This document shows positions 8,238 through 18,331 of a DNA stretch of 64,000 bases, piece after piece (positions within the stretch are counted from its first letter, which is position 1; the number at the start of each line of letters is the position of its first letter). Where the stretch lies: contig CABZRA010000003.1 in the NCBI GenBank assembly GCA_902527995.1, positions 3,716 through 67,715 of the forward strand, written 5' to 3'. The notes beneath the pieces were generated by a model. The model had not been told where the DNA came from. It did no database searches and was given only the letters and a program-made list of their open reading frames with translations. A program made the position numbers and the translations under genes. The stretch is from an uncultured SAR86 cluster bacterium (lineage in GTDB: Bacteria; Pseudomonadota; Gammaproteobacteria; Magnimaribacterales; AG-339-G14).

Positions 8238-9627
8238 AAAGATTTCATTTTCATTTTTTTTAATATTTTTACTATCATCGATTAATTTGTTTTCTGGTGA
8301 AATTTGGATGGAGCCTAAAGACGAGTTGCTTGTAAAAAAATTAGAATTTCTTTCAAAAACTTTGAAGCACCCTTTTGATTCAACGTCTTATCCTATTTCA
8401 AGAGCAAAATTAAAAACTAAATCCTCAGATAAATTAATGGAAATATATTCATCAAAAAATAATTTTAAGAATAAACTTTCTATCAATTATTCTAATAACA
8501 TATTTTCAATTAGGAATATTTCAGATTCCAATAGATACGAAAAGTCAGTATCTCTTGAAAGAACATTTGAAAGAAATAGAACAGCGGGAAAATTAAGTGT
8601 AATAAAAAATATTTCAGCTAACTCTGAAGATGAATATTTGTTTTCGGGTACGCATTTATCTACGATCGTAGGAAATTCAGTTTTGGGAATTGGATTTATT
8701 GAAAGATGGTGGGGTCCAGGAAATGATAACAGCTTAATGCTGTCAAATTATTCTGATCCCCAACCAGGTATTTATCTTGAATCATTATCGGGTTTTAGAT
8801 TTAAAAATTTTATGTCATTTATTGGAAAAGTTAATTATTCGTTCTTTGTAAATTTTCTGGACGATGAGAGATTTATAAAGAATACGAATTTAATAGGAGC
8901 AAGAATAACCCTTCAACCAGTTACAAATTTAACTTTAGGATTTTCAAGAGTGACAATGTTCGGTGGCGACGATAGACCTGATAGTTTTCAATCTTTTGTA
9001 GATAATTTGTTTCGCTTGACTAGAACAGAAAATGGAGTAGATCTATCTAATGAGATTGCAGGTTATGATCTAAAATACAACTTCAACATAAATAAAATAC
9101 TTATATCCTCATATTTTCAGCTTATTGGAGAAGATGAAATAAAATTTACTCCGTCCACTAAAATTTTTACCTATGGCAATGAAATCATTTTCTTAAAAAA
9201 TGGTTTACTCAGATCAGTTGGTATTGAATACTCCAATACCATTGGTAATTTTGGGGATCGATATAATGTTACTTACGAACATAATTCTTACAAATCAGGT
9301 TATAGATATAAAAATCTTCCGTTAGGTGCATTTATAGATGGAGACTCAATTTTTCTAAAATTAACTACAAACATAGAAGTAAATGAAAATCTCTTTTTAA
9401 ATTTCTCTTTATTTGAAGGAGAATTTAATAAAGACAATCTTGGTGAAACTAATATATGGGGTGTTACGAATGAAGAATATAAAGGAGCAAAAATTAAAGT
9501 TGGATACTCGTTAACTAAGAATTTTAATTTTGAACTTGGAATTTTAGCAATTAATAAAAATCTCTATTTTAATTCAAAAGAAATGGATAAAATTACTTTC
9601 AATTTTAGTCTAAATTATAACTTTTAA
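8215..9627 (+). CDS. Wzi-family outer-membrane capsule-assembly protein (beta-barrel)
   Basis: 470 aa. Signal peptide from the internal ATG at 8230 (MAKKISFSFFLIFLLSSINLFSG). ERWWGPGNDNSLMLSN and LGFSRVTMFGGDDRP resemble conserved Wzi blocks as I recall them. The C-terminus is rich in alternating aromatic and polar residues and ends in F. The true start is likely 8230, overlapping the upstream stop as ATGGCTAA. Confidence 0.6.
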   Translation: MDRILMAKKISFSFFLIFLLSSINLFSGEIWMEPKDELLVKKLEFLSKTLKHPFDSTSYPISRAKLKTKSSDKLMEIYSSKNNFKNKLSINYSNNIFSIRNISDSNRYEKSVSLERTFERNRTAGKLSVIKNISANSEDEYLFSGTHLSTIVGNSVLGIGFIERWWGPGNDNSLMLSNYSDPQPGIYLESLSGFRFKNFMSFIGKVNYSFFVNFLDDERFIKNTNLIGARITLQPVTNLTLGFSRVTMFGGDDRPDSFQSFVDNLFRLTRTENGVDLSNEIAGYDLKYNFNINKILISSYFQLIGEDEIKFTPSTKIFTYGNEIIFLKNGLLRSVGIEYSNTIGNFGDRYNVTYEHNSYKSGYRYKNLPLGAFIDGDSIFLKLTTNIEVNENLFLNFSLFEGEFNKDNLGETNIWGVTNEEYKGAKIKVGYSLTKNFNFELGILAINKNLYFNSKEMDKITFNFSLNYNF

Positions 9628-9651
9628 AAGCTTAACTTTGATTTAAATCTA

Positions 9652-10263
9652 ATGACATATCACAGAGAAAACTTAAAGCAAAAGCTCATTGACGAAGCTT
9701 ATAAGGCTATAAAAAAAGACGGGGTAGAAACTATAAGTTTAAGGAAACTGGCAAAAAAAGCTAAGGTTTCCCAAACAGCGCCTTATAGACATTTTCAATC
9801 TAAAGACCATCTTATTATTGAAGTTTGCCTTAAAGGCTTGAGCAATTTAAGAGCAAAAATTGACGCGGTCGACGCAAAAAATCCCAAAACCAAAGCTATT
9901 AACGGCGGTCTTGCTTTCATAGATTTTGGTCTGAAAAATGAAAAAATTTACGAACTCATATTGGCTACTATTTCTGGTGAAATTACAAAAGATCCCCTAA
10001 GAATAGCTCTATTTGAATCTGCGGATTATACTTTTAGTAATCTTAGAAATAGAATCACCGCTTTAAACAATAAAAAGAACATTCAATCTCAACTAGACGG
10101 AATAAAAGTACACGCATTTTTAACGGGTTTATTACAAGTCATAAGAATAACTAATAAAGTTAATACTTCTGGCGGATTAGAAACCTATCAAGCTGTCAAA
10201 ACGGCAGGTTTGCTCAATAAAAATCTAAGAAAGGTAATTTCTGATTTTATAGAATCCCTATAA
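9652..10263 (+). CDS. TetR/AcrR family transcriptional regulator
   Basis: 203 aa. N-terminal HTH ISLRKLAKKAKVSQTAPYRHFQSKDHL. Confidence 0.85.
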   Translation: MTYHRENLKQKLIDEAYKAIKKDGVETISLRKLAKKAKVSQTAPYRHFQSKDHLIIEVCLKGLSNLRAKIDAVDAKNPKTKAINGGLAFIDFGLKNEKIYELILATISGEITKDPLRIALFESADYTFSNLRNRITALNNKKNIQSQLDGIKVHAFLTGLLQVIRITNKVNTSGGLETYQAVKTAGLLNKNLRKVISDFIESL

Positions 10264-10292
10264 TTTTATTTAATTTAATAAAATTTATTGTC

Positions 10293-11513
10293 TTAGACTT
10301 CTATGATTTCTTCAAAAGCTTTTGAAGCTAAACTCACTATCAAATCTATTTCACTTTCTCGATGCACAGCAGATAGGAAGTGATTATGATAACTTGTCAT
10401 ATAAATGCCTTTGGCAAGACAGTTATCTACCCATTTAAAATGTAATTCTTTATCGTCGTTTTCAATTCTAAAATAAGGCATTGATGGAACGCCTGTTACT
10501 CTTAAATCAACGTCAAAACTTTTGGCCATTGAAATCATTTTATTTTTTAAATCGTTTCCATGGTGGTTCATTAAAGAGGTAGCATCGATATTTTTTAATT
10601 CGTTAATGGTAGCAATAGCAGCTGCCATCGGCGCCGAATTAAAAAATTGAGTACCACTAAAATAGACTTTATTAGCGGCCTCTTTGAGGTAATTTTTTCC
10701 AACTAGAGCAGATATTGGATATCCGTTAGCTATTGCTTTTCCAAGACAGACTAAATCAGGAGAAAAATTGAAGGCTTTATTAGATCCTGCCAAATCAATC
10801 CTAAAACCTGTTCGAACATCATCAACAATAATTATTATATTTTTTTCGTTACAAACCTTCTGAATGTGCTCCCAGTAACCTTTTTTTGGAAGGACATTGT
10901 CTTCAGAAGTTGGATGATGAAATGGACTTGAAATAAAACAAGCGATTTCATTTTCAAATGTTGAAATAGCAGAGTCAAATTCTTCAATATTGTTCCAAGG
11001 AATCGAAATAACTTCAGAGCTATCTGAATCAATTGTTCCTGGACTACCCTCTCTTTGCATCCAACCATTGGCTCCATGATAACCACCATCGATTTTTAAG
11101 ACTTTATCCTTTCCAGTTTCCTGCCTAGAAATCATGACCGCTAATTGGGTACTGTCTCCACCATTTTTTCCAAAAAGTGCCCATTCAGCTATCTCGACTG
11201 TATCAACCAGGGTTTCAGCTAATTCAATCATCACCGGTGAAGCTACGCTGACGGTATTTCCTAACGAATATTGTTCTTGTGCTGCTTTATCAATGACAGG
11301 ATTATTGTATCCAAGAATCATCGGTCCCCAACCGCAAATTAAATCAATGAACTTGTTTCCATCAACATCCCAGAAATATGCATCTTTAGCTTTCGAAAAG
11401 AATTTTGGACCTTCATTTCTAACAGCATATTTATAATGACCAAAAATACCGCCAGGAATAAGCTCCTTTGCTTTGGAAAATAATTTGTCTGAAGATTTTT
11501 GATCGAATTTCAT
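10293..11513 (-). CDS. class-III (omega) aminotransferase family protein, PLP-dependent
   Basis: 406 aa. GGYHG, IIVDDVRTGFR, and PLP-lysine context DLVCLGKAIANGYP. It is glutamate-1-semialdehyde-aminomutase-like in fold, but the substrate is unknown. Confidence 0.8.
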   Translation of the reverse strand: MKFDQKSSDKLFSKAKELIPGGIFGHYKYAVRNEGPKFFSKAKDAYFWDVDGNKFIDLICGWGPMILGYNNPVIDKAAQEQYSLGNTVSVASPVMIELAETLVDTVEIAEWALFGKNGGDSTQLAVMISRQETGKDKVLKIDGGYHGANGWMQREGSPGTIDSDSSEVISIPWNNIEEFDSAISTFENEIACFISSPFHHPTSEDNVLPKKGYWEHIQKVCNEKNIIIIVDDVRTGFRIDLAGSNKAFNFSPDLVCLGKAIANGYPISALVGKNYLKEAANKVYFSGTQFFNSAPMAAAIATINELKNIDATSLMNHHGNDLKNKMISMAKSFDVDLRVTGVPSMPYFRIENDDKELHFKWVDNCLAKGIYMTSYHNHFLSAVHRESEIDLIVSLASKAFEEIIEV

Positions 11514-11535
11514 ATGATTTAAATTATATCGAATT

Positions 11536-11627
11536 ATGGCGGAGAGGGAGGGATTCGAACCCTCGATGCGGTATTACCACATACTCCCTTAGCAGGGGAG
11601 CGCTTTCAACCACTCAGCCACCTCTCC
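11536..11627 (-). tRNA. tRNA-Ser (anticodon GCU), long variable arm, CCA encoded
   Basis: The reverse complement reads GGAGAGG-TG-GCTGAGTGGTTGAAAGCG-CTCCC-CTGCTAA-GGGAG-(variable arm)-GAGGG-TTCGAAT-CCCTC-CCTCTCC-G-CCA. The acceptor, anticodon and T stems all pair. Confidence 0.95.
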
Positions 11628-11648
11628 TTAGATGCAATTCTAGTTTTT

Positions 11649-13274
11649 TTAAACAGCTTGTCTAATGATATCGGAGGCTTTTTCAGCAATCATAATCGAG
11701 GGAGCATTAGTATTCCCCCCAATTAAAGTTGGCATAATGGATGCATCAACTACCCTCAAGTTATCAACTCCTCTGACTTTGAGACTGCCATCAACTACGG
11801 CAAGATCGTCGCTGCCCATTTTACAAGTTCCTACTGGGTGATAGAGAGTTTCACCAGTATTTTTAATCCAAGCATCAAGTTCATCATCGTTATCAACATT
11901 AACATCCAAGCCTGGTTTAGATCGGTCTCCTCTGTACTCATCAAAAGCTGCCTGCATAAAAACTCTTATAGTCTCTCTAGTAGCATTTCTTGTATCAATT
12001 AGATCTTGTTCTTCAGAAAGATAATTAGGAAACATCAAAGGAGCATCGTCTGGATTTGAGCTTTTTAGTTCCAAGTGCCCCCTACTTTGCGGTCTCAAAA
12101 TGCATATAACTCCACTAAATCCATGATTTGAATCTATACCATCTCTTCCATGTAAATCGGTGGAATGAAAAGAAGCGTAATGTATTTGAGTGTCAGGAAT
12201 GTCTTTTTCAGGACTTGATTTAAAAAAGGCCCCAGCACTGGTAGGGGGAAAAGCAGCATCTCCTGTACCAAAAAGTAAATACTTTAAACCAGACATCTGT
12301 GTTTTTAAGAAACTTGCTGACTTATGCAAAGTTATAGGTTGCGTACAATTAAAAGAATTGACCACCGCATAATGATCTTGTAGGTTTTTCCCAACTCCCT
12401 TAAGCTCATGCAAAACATCAATACCATGCTTATTTAATTCCGAGGAGTCGCCGATACCGCTATTCATCAATATTTGAGGTGAATTAATAGCTCCCGCAGA
12501 TAAAATTACCTCAGCATTAGCTTTTACTGAAAAAGTCTTACCTTTTTTAGAGTACTCCACTCCAACAGCTTTTTTTCCTTCAAATAATATTTTATTTACT
12601 TGAACATTTGTCTCGGTTGCAAGATTTTTTCTCTTTAGGGCAGGATGCAAATATGCTCTTGCGGAACTCCATCTTCTTGGACCTCTTTTAGTATCTGCCA
12701 TTGTATGCTCATACCTTGAAAATCCTTCCTGATTTTTTCCATTAAAATCATTCGTTAAAGGAAATCCTGCTTGTCCTCCGGCTTCCACAAAAACATCTAA
12801 TAACACGTCATGAGTACTCTCGGATTTTTTTACACTTAGAGGGCCATCAAAACCATGATAATCGCTATCACCTTCTCCATTGAAAGATTCAGCTTTTTTA
12901 AAATAAGGCAAAACGTCGTCATATGACCAACCTGCGTTACCTTGTTGACGCCAAAGGTCATAATCATATGCATGGCCTCTAATATAAACCATTGCGTTTA
13001 TAGATGAGGATCCACCCCAGCCTCTTCCCCTAGGCCAGTATAGTTTTCTATTATTGGTTGTTTCTTCTGGCTCAGTTTCAAATCCATAATTTGAAGCACT
13101 TTTAGTTGGTACGATTTGAGAATAGCCTGCAGGCATGTGAATAAAAAAGTTAGTATCTTTCCCGCCAGCTTCTAAAATCAAAACATTCTTCTTTCCATCT
13201 TCCGATAGTCTATTTGCCATCACACAGCCAGAGCTTCCAGCTCCAACGACTACATAATCAACTACTCTTTCCAT
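11649..13274 (-). CDS. GMC-family FAD oxidoreductase (choline-dehydrogenase-like)
   Basis: 541 aa. N-terminal [18 protein letters not shown] fold, [14 protein letters not shown], and C-terminal HPVGTCKMG...[24 protein letters not shown]. Confidence 0.85.
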   Translation of the reverse strand: MERVVDYVVVGAGSSGCVMANRLSEDGKKNVLILEAGGKDTNFFIHMPAGYSQIVPTKSASNYGFETEPEETTNNRKLYWPRGRGWGGSSSINAMVYIRGHAYDYDLWRQQGNAGWSYDDVLPYFKKAESFNGEGDSDYHGFDGPLSVKKSESTHDVLLDVFVEAGGQAGFPLTNDFNGKNQEGFSRYEHTMADTKRGPRRWSSARAYLHPALKRKNLATETNVQVNKILFEGKKAVGVEYSKKGKTFSVKANAEVILSAGAINSPQILMNSGIGDSSELNKHGIDVLHELKGVGKNLQDHYAVVNSFNCTQPITLHKSASFLKTQMSGLKYLLFGTGDAAFPPTSAGAFFKSSPEKDIPDTQIHYASFHSTDLHGRDGIDSNHGFSGVICILRPQSRGHLELKSSNPDDAPLMFPNYLSEEQDLIDTRNATRETIRVFMQAAFDEYRGDRSKPGLDVNVDNDDELDAWIKNTGETLYHPVGTCKMGSDDLAVVDGSLKVRGVDNLRVVDASIMPTLIGGNTNAPSIMIAEKASDIIRQAV

Positions 13275-13292
13275 TACAAATCTCCTTTCTTT

Positions 13293-14510
13293 TTATTTAT
13301 CTAATTCAAATTCATCATGTAAAGCCATTACAGCTGCTTTAGATTTATCTTTTGATACTACCACTGAAATTTTAATTTCTGAAGTAGATATCATATCAAT
13401 ATTTATTTGTTGCTCTGCGAGTGCTTTAAACATTTGTGCTGCAACTCCAGCATGTGATTTCATGCCTACTCCAACTACAGAAACCTTACTAATATCCTTC
13501 ACTAATTCAATTTCGCCCCCGCCTAAAGTTTTAACTAAATCGTTTAAGATTTTTGCTGCTTTATCAGAATGTTCATTTTTTACTGTAAAAGTGAAATCTG
13601 TTAATTTGTCTGATCCAACATTTTGAACAATTACATCAATGTCTATCCCAGCGTCACTTATTGGAGATAAAATCTTCGCAGCAATTCCAGGAGTGTCAGG
13701 AACATTTCTTAAAATTAATTTTGAGTCGTCATCTGTACATGTAATTCCTGAAATTACAGCACTTTCTAAACCGCTTTCTTCTTTTGTTATCAAAGTTCCT
13801 CCTGTGCTACTGAAACTAGACAATACTCTTATCGGCATTTCATACTTACTGGCAAACTCAACCGATCTTATTTGTAAGACTTTAGCACCTAAACTAGAAA
13901 GTTCTAGCATTTCTTCAAAACAAATTTTTTCTATTTTTTTTGCTTTTTTGTAAACATTTGGATCGGTAGTATAAACGCCATCAACGTCGGTATAAATCTG
14001 ACATTCATCTGCTTTTAAAGCAACTGCTAGTGCTACTGCGGTTGTATCTGAACCTCCTCGCCCTAGAGTAGTTATATCACCGCTATCGTTAATTCCCTGA
14101 AACCCAGTTATGACAGGTACTATTCCTGAATTAATGTCTTTTTTTAAGGTATCTGAATCAATAGAACTTATTCTGGCCTTGCCATGTGAATTATCTGTTT
14201 TTAGACCCAATTGATGAGCGGTATAAGATTTAGATAAAAAGTTTCTCTCCTTTAGAGCTAATGCTAGTAAAGCTGCGGAAACTTGCTCCCCAGATGAAAC
14301 CAAAGCATCGTATTCTCTAGGATCTGGAATTTCTTGAAGTTCTTTTGCAAGATTGATCAACCTTTGAGTTTCTCCTGCCATTGCCGAAACGACTACAACT
14401 ACATTGGTACCTGTATTAATTGAACCTACAACTAAATCAGCAACAGCCTGAAATCTTTCAGTATTTGCGACTGATGTACCACCATATTTCTGGACGATTA
14501 AGTTATTCAT
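13293..14510 (-). CDS. lysC: aspartate kinase
   Basis: 405 aa. VQKYGGTSV, LGRGGSDTTAVALA, and C-terminal ACT repeats. The start overlaps the alaS stop by 8 nt. Confidence 0.92.
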   Translation of the reverse strand: MNNLIVQKYGGTSVANTERFQAVADLVVGSINTGTNVVVVVSAMAGETQRLINLAKELQEIPDPREYDALVSSGEQVSAALLALALKERNFLSKSYTAHQLGLKTDNSHGKARISSIDSDTLKKDINSGIVPVITGFQGINDSGDITTLGRGGSDTTAVALAVALKADECQIYTDVDGVYTTDPNVYKKAKKIEKICFEEMLELSSLGAKVLQIRSVEFASKYEMPIRVLSSFSSTGGTLITKEESGLESAVISGITCTDDDSKLILRNVPDTPGIAAKILSPISDAGIDIDVIVQNVGSDKLTDFTFTVKNEHSDKAAKILNDLVKTLGGGEIELVKDISKVSVVGVGMKSHAGVAAQMFKALAEQQINIDMISTSEIKISVVVSKDKSKAAVMALHDEFELDK

Positions 14511-17103
14511 TTTCAGAACTTTCTATGTATTTTTTTATCTCATCAAAAATAAATTGAGGATCATCTAATTCATCTCCTCCAGCTTGTGCAAAATCATCTT
14601 TGCCGCCACCTTTTAAATTAGTTTTGGATGAAATTAAATTCATAATACTTTTAGCTGAAAAATTTGACTCTAAACTTTTAGAAACAGAAACAATGACTTG
14701 AGACTTTGAATTGTTATTGCCAATGAGAATTATCAACGAGTTCTCAATTTTATTTTTTAGATCATCTAGGTTTGGTCTTAGTGAAGATAAATTTAAATTA
14801 TCAATTCTATCCATCAATACATTCACTCCATTAATGTTTAGGAAATTTGATTCAAAATACTTAATCAAATTTGAATTATTGTTTTTTTCAAGTACTTTTA
14901 ATTTTGACAATATTTTCTTTAAAGAGTTTTTATGTTCATTAATCTTTCCTGATAAATTTTCAACGGATGTGCCTAATGATCTTGCAATGACGTTCAATTC
15001 ATTTTTTTCTTCATCGATTAACAAATTTGCTGCTGCCCCTGTTACAGCTTCAATTCTTCTTACCCCAGAAGAAATACTTGATTCAGAAAGAATTTTAAAT
15101 TTTTTAATTTGATTAGTTGATTGAACATGAGTTCCGCCGCACAATTCAATTGAAAAATCTCCTCCAATTTTTAAAACTCTCACGATGTCTCCATATTTAT
15201 CTCCAAAAAATGCTAAAGCTCCCAAATCAATCGCCTCGTCAAATGAAGTTTCAAATATTTCTGTTTTTATATCTTCATCAATAATCTTATTTACCTGAGA
15301 TTCAATTTCTTTGATTTCCTCCTGTTTAAGCGCTTGAGGGTGCGAAAAATCGAATCGTAATTTGTCTTCGTTAACTAAAGAACCTTTTTGCTCGACATGT
15401 TCACCTAAGACATTTCTTAAAGCTGAATGCATCAAGTGAGTAGCGGAATGATTTGAAACTATATTCATTCTTCTATCTTCTTTTATTGTTAGCTCTGCTT
15501 CATCGCCTACTGAGAATGAACCTTTAAAATTTCTACAAAGATGAACATGTTGATTTCCTACTTTCTTAGTATCAAAAACCTCACAAGTTCCTCTAGTTGA
15601 ATTTATTTGACCTGTATCTCCTACTTGACCTCCTGATTCTGCATAAAAAGGAGTTGAATCAAATAAGATTGCAAATTCTCCTTCATCAACTTTTGATACT
15701 TGTTTTCCTTCCTTAAAAATCATATTCACTACAGACTTAGTGTTAAATTCTTTGTAGCCAGTAAAATTTGTGTCCTTTTCAATTTCAATCGATGTCGGTA
15801 GTAAGGATTCAAATGCATTGCTCTCTTTTGCTCTTTTCTTTTGCTCACTCATCAATTTTTCGTATTCTTTTAAATCTACTTGAAGATTCATTTCTCTGGC
15901 GAAATCTAAAGTCATATCCAAAGGAAATCCAAAAGTGTCATATAGTCTGAAAGCGAGATCGCCTGAGATAACTTTACCCTTAAGATTTTTAACTTCCCCT
16001 TCAAGTAAATTCATTCCCTGATTTAAAGTTGAACCGAATCTTTTTTCTTCTTCGAGTAAAGCTTTCTTTATAAAGGAGTCATTTTTTTCTATTTCAGGAT
16101 ATAAATCTTTGTATGTATTAGAAAAATAAACGGCCAGTTGAGACAATATATAAAAATTATCCTTATTTAACTTGTAGGCGTGACGTAATGCTCTTCGAAT
16201 TATTCTTCTTAAAACATAATTTCTTCCTTCGTTTCCAATAAAAATTCCATCTGAAAGCATAAAGCAACTTGCTCTAAGATGATCAGCAATTACCCTCAAC
16301 GATGGGTTAGATAAATCTTTTTCTCCAGTTAATTCTGAAATCTTTGTTATTAAGGGAGTAAATAAATCTGTTTGGTAGTTGTCAGGGGTACCTTGCATAA
16401 CTGCCGTTATTCTTTCTAAACCCATTCCAGTATCAACTGATGGCTTGGGAAGAGGATTTAAATTTCCTTCTATATCCCTATTGAATTGCATGAAAACTAA
16501 GTTATAAATTTCAACAAATCTATCACCTGTATCTTTACCCTCTTCAGGAGGATCTCCAGCCAGTGAAATTCCATGATCAAAAAAAATTTCACTGCATGGT
16601 CCACAAGGCCCTGTATCTCCCATGGACCAAAAATTATCTTCATTTAATTTTGAGATTCTACTTTTGTCTATGCCAATATTTTCCAACCATATTTTTTCAG
16701 ATTCAAAATCTTCAACATGAACTGTCACCCATAACTTATCTTCTGGTAATTTGTAATAATTAGTTAATAGATCCCAAGCGTATTCGATGGCAACTTCCTT
16801 GAAATAATCTCCGAAGCTAAAATTTCCAAGCATTTCAAAAAAAGTATGATGCCTAAGCGTATATCCAACATTTTCCAAATCGTTATGCTTTCCTCCGGCT
16901 CTGATACATTTCTGAGCACTGGTAGCTCTTGTATAATCTAATTTTTCTGCACCAAGAAAAACATCCTTAAATTGAGTCATGCCAGCATTTGTAAACAACA
17001 ATGTTGGGTCATTGTTTGGAACAACACTTGAACTCGAAACTAATTTGTGTTGTTTGTCGGAAAAATAATCTAAAAAAGTTTTCCGAACTTCCAAGGAGTT
17101 CAT
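14503..17103 (-). CDS. alaS: alanine--tRNA ligase
   Basis: 866 aa. FTNAGMTQFK, WSMGDTGPCGPCSEIF, the editing-domain HSATHLMH...CGGTH motif, and a C-terminal DHHA1-like GGGK region. Confidence 0.97.
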   Translation of the reverse strand: MNSLEVRKTFLDYFSDKQHKLVSSSSVVPNNDPTLLFTNAGMTQFKDVFLGAEKLDYTRATSAQKCIRAGGKHNDLENVGYTLRHHTFFEMLGNFSFGDYFKEVAIEYAWDLLTNYYKLPEDKLWVTVHVEDFESEKIWLENIGIDKSRISKLNEDNFWSMGDTGPCGPCSEIFFDHGISLAGDPPEEGKDTGDRFVEIYNLVFMQFNRDIEGNLNPLPKPSVDTGMGLERITAVMQGTPDNYQTDLFTPLITKISELTGEKDLSNPSLRVIADHLRASCFMLSDGIFIGNEGRNYVLRRIIRRALRHAYKLNKDNFYILSQLAVYFSNTYKDLYPEIEKNDSFIKKALLEEEKRFGSTLNQGMNLLEGEVKNLKGKVISGDLAFRLYDTFGFPLDMTLDFAREMNLQVDLKEYEKLMSEQKKRAKESNAFESLLPTSIEIEKDTNFTGYKEFNTKSVVNMIFKEGKQVSKVDEGEFAILFDSTPFYAESGGQVGDTGQINSTRGTCEVFDTKKVGNQHVHLCRNFKGSFSVGDEAELTIKEDRRMNIVSNHSATHLMHSALRNVLGEHVEQKGSLVNEDKLRFDFSHPQALKQEEIKEIESQVNKIIDEDIKTEIFETSFDEAIDLGALAFFGDKYGDIVRVLKIGGDFSIELCGGTHVQSTNQIKKFKILSESSISSGVRRIEAVTGAAANLLIDEEKNELNVIARSLGTSVENLSGKINEHKNSLKKILSKLKVLEKNNNSNLIKYFESNFLNINGVNVLMDRIDNLNLSSLRPNLDDLKNKIENSLIILIGNNNSKSQVIVSVSKSLESNFSAKSIMNLISSKTNLKGGGKDDFAQAGGDELDDPQFIFDEIKKYIESSENE

Positions 17104-17107
17104 TAAA

Positions 17108-17809
17108 TTAAAATATCTCCTTTAAAAGATCTTTAAGCATTTTCCAAGATCTATGATCAGCTTCTTTATTGTAGACAGTGCCAAAATCAGGATCATTTGC
17201 CTCTGGATTAGTAAAAGCATGCATGGCATTTCCAAAAACATGCAATTGCCAATCTGCATTCTTTTCAGTCATTTCATTTGAGAAGGAATCAATTTGATCT
17301 TGACCTACCATTGGATCCTTTAATCCATGCAAGGCGAGTACTTTTGCATTTATCTTATTCCCGCTACTTTCCTCAGGACCGCTTAAAAAACCATGAAAGC
17401 TGACTGCTCCTTTTAATTCTGAACAGCTTCTTGCTAAATCAAGAGAAACCAGTCCTCCAAAGCAATACCCCATAATCGCTATGGAATCTGATTCTACAGA
17501 ATCTAAATTTTTCACGTATTCATAAGCTCCCATAACTCTCTTTGTCAATTCTTCTCTATCATCTAATAAAGGCTGCATCATAGAAGAATTTTCTTCTACG
17601 GATGTTCCAATTTTTCCTTCTCCGTACATATCTATAGCAAATGAATGGTACCCAAGCTTAGCGATTTCTTCTGCTTTATCTTCTACAAAACTATCTCTAC
17701 CAGCCCAGGTGTGGGCAATCAACACGCATGGAGCTTCATTTGAGTCTGCTTGAGCGAAATAACCTTTAAAATTAATTCCGCTAATTTCGTAAATATGTTC
17801 TTTAGACAT
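17108..17809 (-). CDS. dienelactone hydrolase family protein
   Basis: 233 aa. Alpha/beta hydrolase with a Cys nucleophile elbow (IMGYCFGG), plus LHGLKDP and AMHAF. Confidence 0.8.
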   Translation of the reverse strand: MSKEHIYEISGINFKGYFAQADSNEAPCVLIAHTWAGRDSFVEDKAEEIAKLGYHSFAIDMYGEGKIGTSVEENSSMMQPLLDDREELTKRVMGAYEYVKNLDSVESDSIAIMGYCFGGLVSLDLARSCSELKGAVSFHGFLSGPEESSGNKINAKVLALHGLKDPMVGQDQIDSFSNEMTEKNADWQLHVFGNAMHAFTNPEANDPDFGTVYNKEADHRSWKMLKDLLKEIF

Positions 17810-18331
17810 TTATTCCTCCTCTAGGTTTTTTTTAAAATTTATATAATTTTCAACATAATGATCAGCTGAACCTTTTAGAATTTTTTCCATTTCTGGATCT
17901 AATTCCTTTTTTACTCTAGCTGGCGAGCCCAAAACTAATGAGTTGTCAGGTATAACAGTGCCTTCAGTTACTAAACTATTTGCTCCAATTAAACAGTTTT
18001 TTCCTATTTTAGCGTCATTGAGAATAATACTGTTTATGCCTATTAAGCTGTTATCTCCAATTGTGCACCCATGCAACATCACTTTGTGTCCGACTGTAAC
18101 ATTTTTGCCAATTACTAACGGATGACCTGGATCAGCATGAAGTACTGACAAATCCTGAACATTTGAATTTTCTCCAATGCGGATCTCTTCAACGTCTCCT
18201 CTAATGACAGCGCCAAACCAAATGCTTACATGTTTTTCAAGAATCACTCTTCCAATAACATCAGCAGTTGGAGCAACAAAAAAGTCATTTCCAACGGTTT
18301 GAACTGTATGTTCACCTAATTTGTAAATCAT
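17810..18331 (-). CDS. gamma-carbonic-anhydrase-like / hexapeptide-repeat protein (YrdA/PaaY family)
   Basis: 173 aa. Left-handed beta-helix repeats and LHADPGHPLVIGKNVTVGHKVMLHGCTIG. Confidence 0.85.
   Translation of the reverse strand: MIYKLGEHTVQTVGNDFFVAPTADVIGRVILEKHVSIWFGAVIRGDVEEIRIGENSNVQDLSVLHADPGHPLVIGKNVTVGHKVMLHGCTIGDNSLIGINSIILNDAKIGKNCLIGANSLVTEGTVIPDNSLVLGSPARVKKELDPEMEKILKGSADHYVENYINFKKNLEEE

Noticed and set aside
11468-11665. 65-aa plus-strand ORF spanning the tRNA-Ser locus. Its size is similar to CsrA, which is expected near here.
   Set aside because: The sequence (MLWKIICLKIFDRISYDL...) has no similarity to CsrA (MLILTRR...GVKG...). It is simply the reverse strand of the tRNA gene plus flanking CDS ends.
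14711-15112. 133-aa ORF antisense within alaS. Similar antisense ORFs occur at 3690-4046, 13639-13953, 42851-43192 and 36395-36667.
   Set aside because: All lie fully inside confidently assigned genes on the other strand and have low-complexity translations. I have no independent support for overlapping genes.
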